A stretch of DNA of 64,000 nucleotides, taken from Dipteris shenzhenensis (taxonomy: Eukaryota). The notes beneath the pieces are model-generated. The model was not told where the DNA came from and ran no database searches. It saw only the letters and a program-made list of their open reading frames with translations. The translations under genes and the position numbers were made by a program. Each line of letters starts with the position of its first letter. Position 1 is the stretch's first letter. Location: assembly GCA_047967505.1 (NCBI GenBank), contig CM106538.1. One strand, 5' to 3'. This document shows, piece after piece, positions 47,945-61,080 of this stretch.

Positions 47945-49244
47945 TCAGGGTTGCTGTAGCCAGTGATGAAATGGGCTTCACGGGATTGCTCTTATATAGC
48001 CACCAATCATAGTCGGTTAGGCTTAATTGGGTGGCCGACCCAGTCTGCCCAAAACAGTCGACTGGGGGTCGGTCCCAAAATAGGCCACCGACCATACGAT
48101 AGAACCGGTGCACAAAACAGAGCAACTAACCTATGGTCTCCGTTCAGCCCACAACCATCCGGGATCATCTGAGGCTCCAAACGGACCTCGCAACCTGAGA
48201 GTGGGCTACCCCGGGAAATGCTCCGTCTACCCCCAGTGCAGTCAATCAAGGGATGCCTTCCCGCACTTGCATGTAGCCTAGTTGGCGGTGTGCCAACTCT
48301 ATCTGAAGCCGTCCAGCCATCAAGCCACACATGGCCCCCATCTGGTGTCCAAACCAGGACCTACCGAATAACCGAGCTACTCAAACACCTTCTCCTCATA
48401 TGGGGGGGCTTACAAGTAGAGTTAGCTAGTTCCCGCGTAGTTACACGAGTGAAGCATTGATATCTAACAATAGTATCCTATTAGATGATATGACCAATAT
48501 TGGTGTGTCACCATCGGAATCCCTTTTACCCCTTTATTGTAAGCTTTGTGTATTGACTTGTCCTTGCCTTTTCCATCATGTAAGAAATAGTGGGTAAGTA
48601 GTACAGTGAGTTAATGGGGTCTACATGAAACATGGAACCATACTTGGTGAAAGCCCATGTCATGACTAGATTCATGGCATCCCTTCAAAAGCTCTCAAGG
48701 TTGAATATGCTCATATTCCAAGTCACATGTTAATTCAAGATTCAAAGAACGAAGGATTCGGAGAGGCAAGTATTTCACCCAATTTATTAGCACCAATGAG
48801 AAGGACAATAAGTTGTGATAAGAATATCTTTTTGCTCAACAATACATGAACTAAGACATAGTGAGAGGACTGAAGAGTTGGAGTTCTTTCACAATTACAA
48901 AACTAGCACATGTTTATACATGCATGAATTTGAGCCTCTACCTTTGTTAGAAAATGTGAGAGCATTGAATTGTCAAGAGTACATGACTTCAATGGAAAAA
49001 TGAGCACGAAGCATCAACCTTCATATGGGATTTTGTGATGCAAATTAGGGTGGAGGTTAAGAGGCAAAGTCGACATTTGGTTTTAAATTCTTTCTCAATC
49101 AACATTGCATACCAAGGTTAAGCAAGAATTGCTTTGTCGATGATACTGCTTTATCAATACGTGCTTGTGAAACAATATGGCTCTGAAGGCTTCTAGGTAA
49201 AAACTGCTCTGTCCAATTGCTAGATCTTCTATGATAACTTGAGT

Positions 49245-49320
49245 GTGATTGCTTTAGCAAAGAATCCAAAAGATCATGGGGAGGTGAAGCATGTTAATAT
49301 TCCCTATCATTTCATTCAAT
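49245..49320 (+). pseudogene. Small copia RNase H remnant
   Basis: Translates VIALAKNPKDHGEVKHVNIPYHFIQ, matching the copia AI.LAKNP..H.RTKHI.I.YHF motif. Confidence 0.6.
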
Positions 49321-50992
49321 ATCAAACATGACAATATCCATTGCTTTTAATTGAAATTTGCAAAGTCGATAACAACCTTGTGTACCATAGGCAAGGAACC
49401 TTCCAAGTAAAGGGAAAATGTCACAATAGGAATGTCCGAATTGTAGAAATGGTGATTCCATGTTATTGTAAGTAGTTTATATAGGTGGTGTGTGAAAAAC
49501 ATGGATAAGGGGATCAACCCCATGCAAATTGTACATGATGTTATAGTTTTGGAAAAATATGTGCAATGTGAGATTACCACCTCCTCACCATCATCCCTCC
49601 TCATGGCGTTAACAACAAGGACCTTCCTACAAACTTGCAGGTTTCATATTCTACAAGCCTACATACACCATCGCCAATGTTCTATTTCTACAAGCCCTCT
49701 AGATTTTGGAGGCTTGGAGAATGGGGTTTTGGACTCAAAGAACGTCCAAACTTGGCAAACTAAGAAGGTGGAATGCATCCAACCAAATTTTGAAGGGAAA
49801 CTCCATGGTGGGTTGGGGAGGCTGAGCTTGAACTCTCGTCCACAAGCTATGTGTCTTGTCATCATATTGAGATCTCTTGTCCAGATGCAAAGAATTGCTT
49901 GAGAACCACGTGGATGCTAGTATCGAAAGATTTTGCATGTACTAAAGTGTAATGGAGCAACCCAACTATTCAAGGTAGGTCAAACTCCCTCAACAAACAA
50001 ATAACGACTGGTGCTGCTCTAGGGGGTGGGTGGAACAAACAATTTCAAGGAAAACAAGCGTTGGCTTCTCCATAGGCCTAGCCAAAAGAATGGACATGTG
50101 TAAGTCTAAAAGTCTACATTGACTCTAGAGAATTAAGCAAGGAAAAAACAAACACTAACTCTTGCCTTTGCAAAGACAACAAGATACATTTGTGAGATTT
50201 CTTTTAAAAAGCAAGCCTAGGTTATCGGGATAGTACACGACCTAGAAACTACAAAAAATTGGGTTTTAAGACTTGCCAATTTGATCTAGTATTTTGCACT
50301 CCACAATCCTCAAACACACCAAAAGAGAATATCCCCAGACATGTGGCAACTACAATGCAAACCACATTGAATTTCTTCGATACTCTTTTCTTGATCAAAG
50401 CCCTTACAAAATGTAAATGAGATGGATGCTGGTACTTTTCCAACAACTTCCTAGCACTTTTCTGGCTGTTGAGGTAAGACACTGATGGCAACGGGCTGCA
50501 CAGAACACTTGGCAATTGGAGGTTTAGTCTGCTCTAGCTGGCTGTCTGTGGATTAGGTGTAGCAAATGGGAAATTTTACATGTTGTCATTGTCTGAAGCC
50601 GTGTTCCCTCTATTAGTTGGTTGTGTTTTCTGGCTGCTGGTGAGTGGTGTGTCAACGTGTGTGTAGCATTAAAATGCATCTGCAATCGACACAGATTGGA
50701 TGCCTAGGATTAAATTCCAACTTACAATTACAAAGACGAGATCTACAATATTGGGAATTAATTGCTCCATATTTAGCATAATGTCTAAACCAATGTGAAT
50801 CATTCTGGTGATTGATATCCTTGTCATTTATCATGGATGTCAACCTAGAAACCAAAGAAGAAGGTCCTAAATTTTTTTAACAGCATGAAGTTATAAACAT
50901 CCAAATAGTAAATTCCATTGACTCTGTATATAACTAGGATGCACATTCCTCAAAAGGAGATTGACTATTAAAGCAAAAAACATAGAATGACA

Positions 50993-51128
50993 AAAGGAGC
51001 AAAGGATGACAATCCCAAGCAGGTAAATTCTAACAAAGGCTTTGCGTCCATGATCGGTGTGGCGAAAGGAACAAAGGATGACATTCCAAAGCAGGGAACT
51101 TCTAACAAAGGCTTTGCGTCCATGATCA
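50993..51128. repeat. ~75-bp direct duplication
   Basis: aaaggatgaca..tctaacaaaggctttgcgtccatgatc occurs twice. Confidence 0.85.
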
Positions 51129-51138
51129 GTGCGGTTCC

Positions 51139-51693
51139 AAAATCACTGGCATTGCTTCTAAAAATCAAAGTCAGATCAAATACAATTTGCTTTTCTCTGG
51201 TTCTTGTTCTTTGAAGCCGGCTTTGGCAGTTGCAATGACAAACGTAGACATTGGAAAACAGTTGCACTAACAAATCTGAATAAAAGCTGCCATAAAAGAA
51301 GGGGAAAAGGTGTAAAAGTAAGCTTCACAAAATCACTGGCATTGCTTCTAAAAATCAAAGTCAGATCAAATACAATTTGCTTTTCTCTGGTTCTTGTTCT
51401 TTGAAGCCGGCTTTGGCAGTTGCAATGACAAACGTAGACATTGGAAAACAGTTGCACTAACAAATCTGAATAAAAGCTGCCATAAAAGAAGGGGAAAAGG
51501 TGTAAAAGTAAGCTTCACAAATCACTGGCATTTCTTCTAAAAATCAAAGTCAGAGCAAATACAATTTGCTTTTCTCTGATTCTTGTTCTTTGAAGCTAAC
51601 ATTGGCAGTTGCAATAACAAACATAGACATTGGAATAACAATTGCACTAAGAAATCTGAATGAAAACTGCCATAAAAGAAGGGAAAAAGGTGT
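51139..51693. repeat. Three tandem ~190-bp repeats
   Basis: AATCACTGGC anchor at 51141, 51331 and 51520; the first two copies look identical and the third is diverged. Confidence 0.93.
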
Positions 51694-52407
51694 AGCAAGC
51701 TATACGTTATAAAAATACATGTGGTATATGGGCTGCAGAGCCAATAGCACTATGCTTGTTGACCTCATTGTTCTTATATTAACTGCATGAATCAGCTCAG
51801 ATACAAGCCATATCTCTTTCAAATCTATTATCACAACCAACCACATTTAGGCATAGCTCATGTCTGATACAGAAGACAACTTCTCCAGTACGATTGACCA
51901 CAAGAATTATGGATCCTGACGTTCCTGTAAATTGCTTCCATTAAGTCAATAAATGCTGTGTAAAAGGATGCTGATACTTATAATTAGATAGTATCTTTAA
52001 CCATAAATATGAGCTCTCTGTTACCAATCTGCACAAAGAGCTGTTCCAATTGAGCCCACATTGCCTGGTTTTCGCTCAACACAAGTTGCTAGGCACACCT
52101 CACAATGACTTCTCCTGACCATATGGAAGGTAGAAAGTGTAATTTTCTGTCTTGAACGCCACTAGCTACCTTTATGTACCTCTGATGAACTTGTTGCAAT
52201 TAACTAGACCATCCTTTGAGTACACTCTTGCAAAGAAATTTAACGGGGGGAGGACATTATGCTGCTGTGTGTGGGTAGTGCTAGAAAAGGTCCTGTCGTG
52301 CAAGGATACACACATGTTGATGAAAATTCAACAAACAGGGTCACTTCTGCTGTGTATGTGAAGAATGCACATCTTGCTTCCAATATAGTATTTCTTATGC
52401 CCACTTG

Positions 52408-52512
52408 TTAAAAATCCTCATCCTGATCTTGCAAATGCTGGCGAAGCTGATTCTGGCTATCTAATGGCATGTATTGTGCCATAATAGCCCTGATTTCAGA
52501 GTCCATATATGC
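52408..52512 (-). CDS. VSR: Vacuolar sorting receptor, last exon (cytosolic tail)
   Basis: AG acceptor; AYMDSEIRAIMAQYMPLDSQ..EDF* with the YMPL sorting motif diagnostic of VSR/BP-80. Confidence 0.96.
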   Translation of the reverse strand, partial: AYMDSEIRAIMAQYMPLDSQNQLRQHLQDQDEDF

Positions 52513-52607
52513 CTGAAAAGCCAGTATCAGCCCAGATGTATAAGTAACATTTTAAGCTAATCAAACTGATATTCTTCAATATATAATCATGCAGAAAACA
52601 TCCATAC

Positions 52608-52717
52608 CCGCAGCCTATATTTATACACAAGATAAGCACCAATGCCAGCAGTTGCCAAGCTAATCAAAACTAAGACTGACACAATCCATGCGACTCTCGA
52701 TGCGGCTTCCTTCTTAC
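52608..52717 (-). CDS. VSR: VSR exon (transmembrane helix)
   Basis: AG..GT boundaries; KKEAASRVAWIVSVLVLISLATAGIGAYLVYKYRLR; phases match the neighbouring exons. Confidence 0.94.
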
Positions 52718-52867
52718 CTGCCAGGGCTCAACAAAAATAATAGTAAATTCTCAAAGCACTTAAAATCCAAATGGCTTGCAAAATTCGACACTGTGTTCTT
52801 AAAATTCAAAAATTTAAATTTCAATGACATAATTAAAATGAGCTCTATACATCACAATGGGCCTTAC

Positions 52868-52996
52868 TTATACATGCATCGTGATCCTTCATGTAAAGAT
52901 AATTCCCTTGGCATTCACAATCATAGCTGCCCCACGTATTTTTACAACTGCATTGTGGGCATTGGCAAGCCGTTTTTTCTTTGCATTCATCAATGT
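52868..52996 (-). CDS. VSR: VSR exon (Ca-binding EGF-like repeat)
   Basis: [47 protein letters not shown]. Confidence 0.95.
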
Positions 52997-53125
52997 CTGA
53001 CATGTGAAAGGATAAGATCTCAGAAACAATAGTCGATAAAGCCTTCTAAGACATTCTAGAGAAGACTTTCCCAAAGTTATGTAAAGAGGGTAGTCAGTAA
53101 GGTGGCGCTGCGTAGAAGAAACCAC

Positions 53126-53189
53126 CTTCACATCCATCGAATCCATTGCCCGCAAAGCCTGGTGGACACTCACATCCAGCGTTTGAATC
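53126..53189 (-). CDS. VSR: VSR exon (EGF-like)
   Basis: AG..GT; DSNAGCECPPGFAGNGFDGCE. Confidence 0.93.
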
Positions 53190-53281
53190 CTGTGATACAC
53201 ATGTCAGCGTACAGTTCCATTTTGCTCAACACAGGAGTCTTTAAACATTAACTTGAATTTTACAGCATTGAAAGCACTCAC

Positions 53282-53364
53282 TAGGCATGCAGAAAAAGTC
53301 TTCCCATCTTTCGTCTCCTGCCAGCATCCTCCATTTTGTATCTTACATCGCCCTTGCCCAGTAG
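53282..53364 (-). CDS. VSR: VSR exon (EGF-like); upstream exons not found in the window
   Basis: TTTCAG acceptor and GTGAGT donor; TGQGRCKIQNGGCWQETKDGKTFSACL. Confidence 0.94.
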
Positions 53365-54109
53365 CTGAAAGGGCAAAAGGTACAACATTCAGACAACATT
53401 CTTGTTCATCCCTAACCAAACAATGACACTTGAACCTGCTTCACCACTATCATGGTCTTGTAATTCGAAACCACCAAAAAAAAGGAAAAAGCAAAAGAAT
53501 CTCTTTCCAAAACCACCCAAAGCTGATTGGAACCCAAGAACAATGGGCCAGGTTTTGTTTATTTTCCTATACTGAGTTCAGGATAATTGAAAAAGGGCGT
53601 GTTGGGAGGCTTGGTAGAAAGAGATCTAAACACACAAGAGAAGATCAATCTACAAAATGAACAGTGTTCTCACATTATACAAAGAACTACTACAATATAA
53701 ACCCAAACTCATAGGGTTGGCTCAAAGCCTATTCACAGTACACATAAATTCACATTAGGGTATGCCTTTTTCATAAGATAGTCTTTGATTTGACACCTGT
53801 GCATAAAACGAATTCACCTATTGTCTTCGGAGTGTCCTATGTCCCTTAAGATCTCACAATCTTTTGAGAAGCATTGTCCATCAACCAATGGCCTAGTGGA
53901 AAGAAAATCCGTCATAGCCAAGTAGTCATAGATTAGGTCTGTTAAATTACACGGCGCAATGGAACAGAAACTGAACAAAGAATAGAGAGTACACAGCAAA
54001 CTGAAGATGAACAAAAATTTCCTTCAATACTGATGTAGTACAAACGATGGCAGAACGACGCTCCTGCGAGCCCTTCTCCCCCCGCCATAGCCTCTACCTC
54101 CCTACCGTC

Positions 54110-54515
54110 CTTCCACCTCGCCTTGCGCCCTCGCCCGTCGCAGCGCCTTCGCCTCGCCTTGCGCCCCTCGCCCCTCGCCACCGCCTTGCTCCGCCTAGCC
54201 TCGTCGTCGCCTCTCCCTTCACCTCGCCACGCCCTCGCCTCCGCCCTCGCCTTCGCCTCGCCCTCGCCCTCGCCACGCCCTCGCCTTCGCCTTCGCCTCC
54301 GCTATATACCCGCCGCCTCGCCTCGCCATCGCCTCCTCTTCTTCCGCCTCGCCTCGCCTTCTCCTCCTCCGTCTCACATCGCTCACCACAGCCTCGCCAC
54401 AGCCCGCCCGCCTCGTCCTGCCTCGCCTCGCCTCACCTCCTCCTCCGCCCCGCCTCGCCTCGCCACTACCCCCCGTCGCCTCGCCTCGCCACTGCTTCGC
54501 CGTCGCCTCGCCTCA
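54110..54515 (+). repeat. (CGCCT)n-type low-complexity repeat in the LINE 5' UTR
   Basis: Dozens of cgcct/cgccc/cgcctt units. Confidence 0.9.
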
Positions 54516-54618
54516 CCATTTCCTCATCCACATCCAGGCTCCATCCCTCGTCTAGCTCCTCTCCCTTTTTGGTGGCAGCCTCTTCCTCATCGGAGTTCTC
54601 GCAGTCTGTCTTGGCGGT

Positions 54619-56685
54619 ATGGCGGCTCCCTGCCCAGAACCGGAGGCCCAACCGGACCCCCCCTCTCCAGAAGCCTACCGCGTGATCTTGACAGAGCAAC
54701 AGTCGTCCCGGGTACAACAGGTTGCCAATGACTTTGCCCACACTTCAGTCTATGGCAGAGTCATTGGACACTCTCCCTCCAGACCAGCCATCAGGGATTG
54801 GCTTCAATCCACTCTTATGCTAGAGGATAGCCACATCGAGGAGGTGGCCCTTATGGGAAGGGGCATCTTCTGGCTTAAACTCTCCACTGCGAAAGCTGCG
54901 AGCAACCTGATTGCTGGTTCCCTCACATCTGTGGATGGAAAGATCATCATGATAGTCCCTTGGTACCGAGGATTCAGCGCAGCGGACTTTGATGCTCGTT
55001 TCCGCATACCTCGCCACCCAGTGACGCTAGTATTTCCAGGCCTTGCTACTGAGTTGCGGCCGATAGTCAGGGACCTGGGTTCCCACTTTGGCTGGGTGAT
55101 GCATGACACTTTTGTCGACGCGGTTGCTACGGCAAGAGCTCCCAGAGTCCGTGTGGCTGTGGCAGATCTTGCGTCCCTCCCTGCAGTGATTGAGATTGTG
55201 ACAGATGCTGGCAGCATTACTCAGAGTATGGTAGTCACAGGACAGCCAGGCCAGTGCCTGAGGTGTCATGGCTTTGGGCACCTGGCTGCTGCTTGTCCGC
55301 GCTTCTCCAGCTCCTCTCGGCCCCCCCTCGCCCCCCCCGCAGCCCCCTCCCCCTCCCTCCAGGCAGCCACGTCAGGAAGAGCAGAGGCAACCGGAGTTCG
55401 GTCCTGAGGTGGCTGGCGACTGGACCGAGGTCAGAAGAAAAAGAGGAAAGAATAAGAAGACTTCTGACAAAGGCAAGGAGGCAGAGGTTACCCAGCCTAG
55501 GTTACCCAGCCTGCAGCAGCGCCTCAGAGACCTGACAGGCAGCTGCCCCAGGGTCCAGGGAGAGCTTCTTCTTCGTCTGTAGCCCGCCCTCCGCAACCTC
55601 AGGTCCCCCTCTCTCCCGATCCCCAGCTTCCCCCCACCCAGCCCCAGCCCCTACCCCAGCCGCAGTCCCCTTCTTTCGACCCTCAGCATCAACCCCCGCC
55701 TCTTCCTCTTCAGCCCCCGCCTCTTCCTCTTCAGCCCCAGTCCCAGCCCCAGCCCCAGCCCCATCCCTCCTCCCCCGCCCCTCTCAACTCTTCCGCAGTG
55801 TCAGCTTCACCGGTGGTTTCTCAGCCGCGTGCAGCCCCCACTCCCCCACCTCCGCCCCCCCCCCGCTAGTCGCTTCCGTGGAGTCTGTGTCTCCTACCCC
55901 CAGCCTCCTTCCCCTTCCTCACCCCAGGCAGGGCACCCCGATGCTGCACCACCCCTGGAGCAGCCTTCCTTGTTTGCTAGCCCGGCCCCCTCAGTTGCAG
56001 ATTCTGGCGGGCCTCAGTTCCAGGAGAGAGAGCTCCCTCGCGACTTCTACAGGTCCGGTCCCTAGGATTACTTGGATGTGGCCGACCTCGGGACCTTCCC
56101 AGCTTGCCTCGACATCAGTATCTTCCTGCTCCGTAAAGGGGCGGATGGGAAGATCGCAGCCTTGGCCCCGAGGGATGGCCCCAGCTTTGCTTTCACTTTT
56201 CTCAGCGACGGCACCGAGTTTTGGACAGACGACTCGGTCTGGGAGGCTCTCAGAGAGCAGACGCACGCTCAGATTTGCTCCTGGATAGGACCGTCGGGTG
56301 GACAGCTTCTCGAGACTCAGTGGTCCGAGGGTGACGTGCGCCTGCGGTGGCGATGCGCCGCCAAGCGTTTCAGATTGATTGTGATCCTCAGGCCCCCTCT
56401 GTCGTGGCCCCTCCCCCAGGATGTCAGAGCCTGAACACCACAGAAACTTCGCGCCTTCTACGAGATGACTACCTCAGAGATCTCGATTGGCTCGAGAAAG
56501 CGTTTGTCCATGGCACCAAAGGCCTCACGCCTTTGCTAAAAGTTTTGAAGAACAGGCAGGATGACCCTGCCTCCCCCTCCAAACCCTCACAAAAGCGTCA
56601 GCGCCTTCATTCAGAACTACCAGCCTCTTCATCGACCTCGGCCGCGAGCAGACAGTTGTTCGCAGCCTACCAGTCCTCATCATGA
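54619..56685 (+). pseudogene. LINE ORF1 (DUF4283/RRM-like, CCHC knuckle, Pro-rich linker, C-terminal region), frameshifted
   Basis: VYGRVIG..WL..MGRGIFWLK..IVPW; CLRCHGFGHLAAAC; continues through ORFs 56072-56434 and 56347-56685. Confidence 0.8.
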
Positions 56686-59600
56686 CCTTACACCTTGTCT
56701 CCTGGAACGTGAACGGGTTTCATTCTTCTGGCACCCGTGGTCCTAGGAAGCTCATCTTAAGACAAGAACTTCAACCAGCAGTGATTGGTCGCTTGGATAT
56801 ACTCCTGCTCCAGAAGCATAAGCTTTCAGTGGCTCATACCCGTAGCTGCGGGAAGATCCTCTCTGAACGCTCTCACACTTATTGGGAGCCCTCGATCGGT
56901 GCACAGGGGAGGAGTGGCGGTGTCTACACTTCCGTTTGCGAGTCGATTGCCCAGGGAGTTTTTGGCCATGGTACATTGATCCCAGGCCGTGCACTTTGGG
57001 TTGGCCTAGAGTTGGAGGGCTCCAAAATAGGAATCCTCAACATCTATGCACCCACAGACCTCCGACGCAGAGCCACCTTCTGGAGGACACTCACAGAGAT
57101 TCTCCCAGACATGGATTCGTGGATTGTTGGAGGTGACTTCAACAATCTGGAGACTTTGGAGGACTAGCAGGGCAGAGGACCAGAGTTTACAGGTATAGCT
57201 CAGGCAGAGCAGTCCGCTTGGGACTCATTTCTCTTCGCGACAGGAGGTAGGGACAGCTGGAGAGGACCGTCCTTCCGCCGATGGCACGGGAGCTTGGACT
57301 TCTCGTGGGGTTTCCGCAGGGAAGGGGGCAGACTATTGGAGAGATTGGACAGATTTTATGTCAGTGATTGGGCCATCAGCAGAGGTGGTCAGGTGGGTGT
57401 AGTGCCAGGGACGACGCTCTCCGCCGACCACGCGCCAGTGCTCTTGTCACTAGACTCGGCAGCTCAGTCCCTTCCTCCCCGTTCGTGCAGGATTCCTGAT
57501 TCCATCTTCTCTAGGGAGGAGGTGCGCAGTAGTATCGGTCGCCTTTGGGACAGAGATTGGGGCAAGTGCGTGGATTTGGTAGAGTCGGTGGCGCAAGCTC
57601 TGCAGGAGTCCAGCCAGATTTGCCAGCTCGCAGCCCTTCAGGTTCGCCAGGAGTGGTGGGGCAGAGAGAGAGCTCTTCGTAGGGACCTCGCTTCCATTCA
57701 GCGGCTCCAGCAGGCAGCTCCGGGTTCGGAGGAGCTTCGGATCCAGGCCCTTCGAGCCTGAGCCCTTCTTGAGGAGACTCTCCAGCGTCGCTCAGAGTTT
57801 TCTTATCACGCCTCCCTCTCCTACTGGGCTCGGAAGGGCAACCGGATGAGCAAAGAATTCTTCAGGACGCATGGCCAGAGGGCAGCAGGTGACCAGCTCC
57901 GGAGTCTTAGGACAGCGGAGGGTCACATCATTACCGACCAAGAAGAGGTCTTGGGGTTGGCTACCGACTTCTACAGGACTCTTTTCCAGCAGGAGCAACT
58001 TGCCCCCCGCACTAGACGTTCCCGTGAGGAGGTGTGGAGGCACATCCCGGCCCTTGTTCAGCCCAGCATGCAGACGACGCTGATGGCACCGTTCACCACT
58101 GTTGAGATGCAGGAGGCCTTGATGGCCATCGATGGGCAGAAATGCCCTGGTGAGGATGGGCTTTCTAGAGCTTTCTTCACCTCTTTCTGGGATCAGATCC
58201 ATCATCCCCTCCTAGCAGCCCTCCAGAGGATTTTCAGCAGCGGACCTATGCCAGAGAGCCTCTCTTCGGGATTGATCTGTCTCATCCTGAAGGGGGGAGA
58301 TCGACAGGAGATCCGTCAGTGGCGCCCGATCACTCTCCTCACCACTGCCTATAAAATCCTTGCCAAGATGATCAGCGCCAGAGTTCGGCCACTACTTCCT
58401 GACCTCATTCATGACACTCAGAAAGGCTTTGTCCAAGATCGCAGTATCCTGGATAATGTCTTTTTTTCACCTTCTCAGAGGCGACGGAGTGGGCTCAGCA
58501 CAGCGGGTCGCACTTAGCCATCCTACTTCTCGACTTTGAGAAGGCCTACGATCGAGTGGACTGGTCCTTCCTGGAGGGTACTTTGGAGAGACTTGGATTC
58601 CCAGTGGGATGGATTCAGGGCATTTCAGCGTTATACAGGACAGCTTCCAGCAGGGTCATCATCGGCGGCAAGATGGGAGAGCGATTTCGATTGGAGAGAT
58701 CAGTGCGTCAGGGTTGCCCCCTCGCTCCTTACCTGTTTCTCTTCTTCGCCGAGGCGATGACATACTATCTTCGGGCGAGATCGACAGGGATCCGGGGTGT
58801 TCGCCTTCCCATCAGGGAGGACACGGAGCTCCTGGACTCGGAGTATGCAGATGACACAGCGCTGTACGTTCAGGATGATGAGATGATGCTGGAGAGGGTG
58901 AGGCTGGCCTTAGAGGTCTTCTGTTCGGCAGCCGATGCGAAAATCAACTGGAACAAATCAGTTGGTTTTCTCACAAACCCTGGGGCATGCTCACAGTGGG
59001 GGAGGTTTTTGGGTTTCAGATGGATCCCACGGGGGCAGACTACTAGATATCTCGGCTTTCAAGTCGGCCTGGACATCACGCCAGCTCAACAGTTTCTCCC
59101 GGTGCTAGATTCCATACGACGGAAGCTGGCTTTCTGGAGCACTGCTAAGCTCTCTCTTGCAGGTCGTGCTCTTGTAGTCAACCAGGTTCTCCTGGCCACG
59201 GCCTGGTATGTGGCCTCTTGTTGGTGCTTCTCGAGATCCTGCGTGGCACAGCTCAGCGGGATGGTCCGGAATTTCCTGTGGTCTGGGGGGGATGGTCTCA
59301 AAGATACCAGAGCCAGGGTAGCCTGGCAGACAGTCATTCTTCCGCAGGCTGAGGGTGGCTTGGGGGTCATTGATCCTGAGCTTCAGAGTCAGGCCCTGCT
59401 GGGCAAGTTAGTTATCCGCGGTTTGACCCCGGGGGGGCAAACGTGGAAGATGTTACTTCAGCAGGGGATCAGTTCTTGCATCCCGTGCCGAGGAGGAGAG
59501 TGGCTACCGTCCCTCAGGTGGATCTTCACCTCTGCACCGCTTACCCGCCCCTGCTCCCCGCTCATTCGTAGCCTGCTCACGGTTTGGAGGCGACTCCGTC

Positions 59601-61080
59601 TCAGTCTCCTCCAGTCGCCTCCTAGCAGTCAGGAGGAGATCGACCGCCAGCCGCTCATCTGGAATGATCAGGTCGAAGATGCCTTGGGCCTTCAGCTGGG
59701 GGAGAGGTCACATATCTCGTGGGACGGCTGGATGCGGGGGCCTACCCGGTCCCTTCGAGTTTGGAGGGACACTTACAGACACTTGGAGACCGTTGCTCTA
59801 GCAGCCGCAGCCGGAGGTGTCCGTGGAGCTCGGGCGAGACGCAGAGAGATAGATGGAGCGATTCCTGCCGGTTGGTTGGTTCCACCCGAGATTCAGATCC
59901 TCATGCCTGGTGATGCCCGATGGCTTGGACAGTTCACCCCTCGTGGCATCCCACTGGTTGTTGCAGGCCGCCTGGCAACACCTCTGTATCCTTCTTCGCC
60001 GTTTTGGGGGACGGCTGACTCAAGAGAGAGGGTGTGCTCATCGACCCCCTTCTCTCGTGGCAGAGGGTTCGTGTCGTAGGCCTCCTGGGAAAGGTTTGGC
60101 GGATCGATCCTAGTATAGAGCAGGATCAGCTGCAGTTATGGCGCCTCTGGCTTTGGGAGGGGCGGGCCCTGTCAGAGCTTGATTGGGACCCAGGAGAGTG
60201 GAGATGGCCAGAGGTTGTGGCAGGCCAGGGGCCGACCCCTTTCTTCGCTTACAGCACGAAACTGGGCAGGAGAGTTCTCGGGAGGATGCAGAGCAGACCG
60301 CCCACCCAACGGCCCAGTTGGTATTCTCAGGGTATTTCCAGGCTATTTTTGCAGGCCTTCTGGAAGGCCCTGTGGGAGAGCTGGCGGCCGCGGAAGATTT
60401 CCTACTTCCTTTGGCTACTCGCCCACAAGGGTCTTCCAGTGGGGAGCTGGTTGCGGCAGATTGGTCAGAATGGACTCTGTCAGATTTGTCATGAGGACGA
60501 GGAGTCGCCAAAGCACTGCCTATGAAGCTGCACTCGCACCCAGAACGTGTGGAGGTGGGCCTTCGGGATCCTTACTCGTGCAGCACCGGAGTTAGGTTTG
60601 ATCACCTGGGGCGCGTTCTGCTGGTGCAGCACCACACCTGGCTATCACCAGTTGTTCGAGGCAAGCCCGCAGGACCCCATGTTCCTTATCACACAGGGGA
60701 CTTGGGGGCCGCTTGAGGGCATCCCACAGCACTTGGTAGAGGCGGACACAAGATCTCAAGTGAGGCAACCAGTCTGGGAGATTATTAGCAGCATCGTCGG
60801 ATGGCACATTTGGACCTCGCGCTGCGCGCAGATCCTCGGTGGTACCTCTCTTTCGACTGCCCAGGTCATGGCTGACATCTGGAGCGAGATTATCCACACG
60901 CTCAGAGGCCAGTGGGACCAGATCCAGGGGGATTCCCGGGCTGGCCGGGAGAAGCAGAGACGTTTCCTCCGAGATTGGGATACGCAGGGCCTCTTCTTCG
61001 AGCATACTTCTCAGGGCCTTCAGTGGCGCTACTCACCGCCTCTCTGGCTGTTTATTCACACCCGCCTGATCCCTCCGTGA
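56682..61080 (+). pseudogene. LINE ORF2 (AP endonuclease - RT - zf-RVT) with several stops/frameshifts
   Basis: LVSWNVNG, NIYAP, GGDFN, RLDRFY, DHAPV; WRPITLL, RQGCPLAPYLF, YADDT; W...HKGLP..C..C...E...HCL. Confidence 0.95.

Larger units (their letters stand above)
38896..48469 (-). mobile_element. Ty1/copia element X (internally deleted), 5' LTR split by copia Y
   Basis: 3' LTR 38896-39524; 5' LTR 42147-42357 plus 47945-48469; PBS (reverse complement) 42134-42146; flanks GTAGT/ATAGT. Confidence 0.92.

Noticed and set aside
49492-50855. Short ORFs as a second host gene
   Set aside because: No recognisable domains or consistent exon structure.
53814-53940. RPLVDGQCF as a further VSR exon
   Set aside because: Only a 5-residue resemblance, without the conserved cysteines or GDG motif and without convincing splice sites.
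54047-54731. Long Pro/Ser/Arg-rich ORFs (212 and 202 aa)
   Set aside because: By-products of the stop-free (CGCCT)n LINE 5' UTR.
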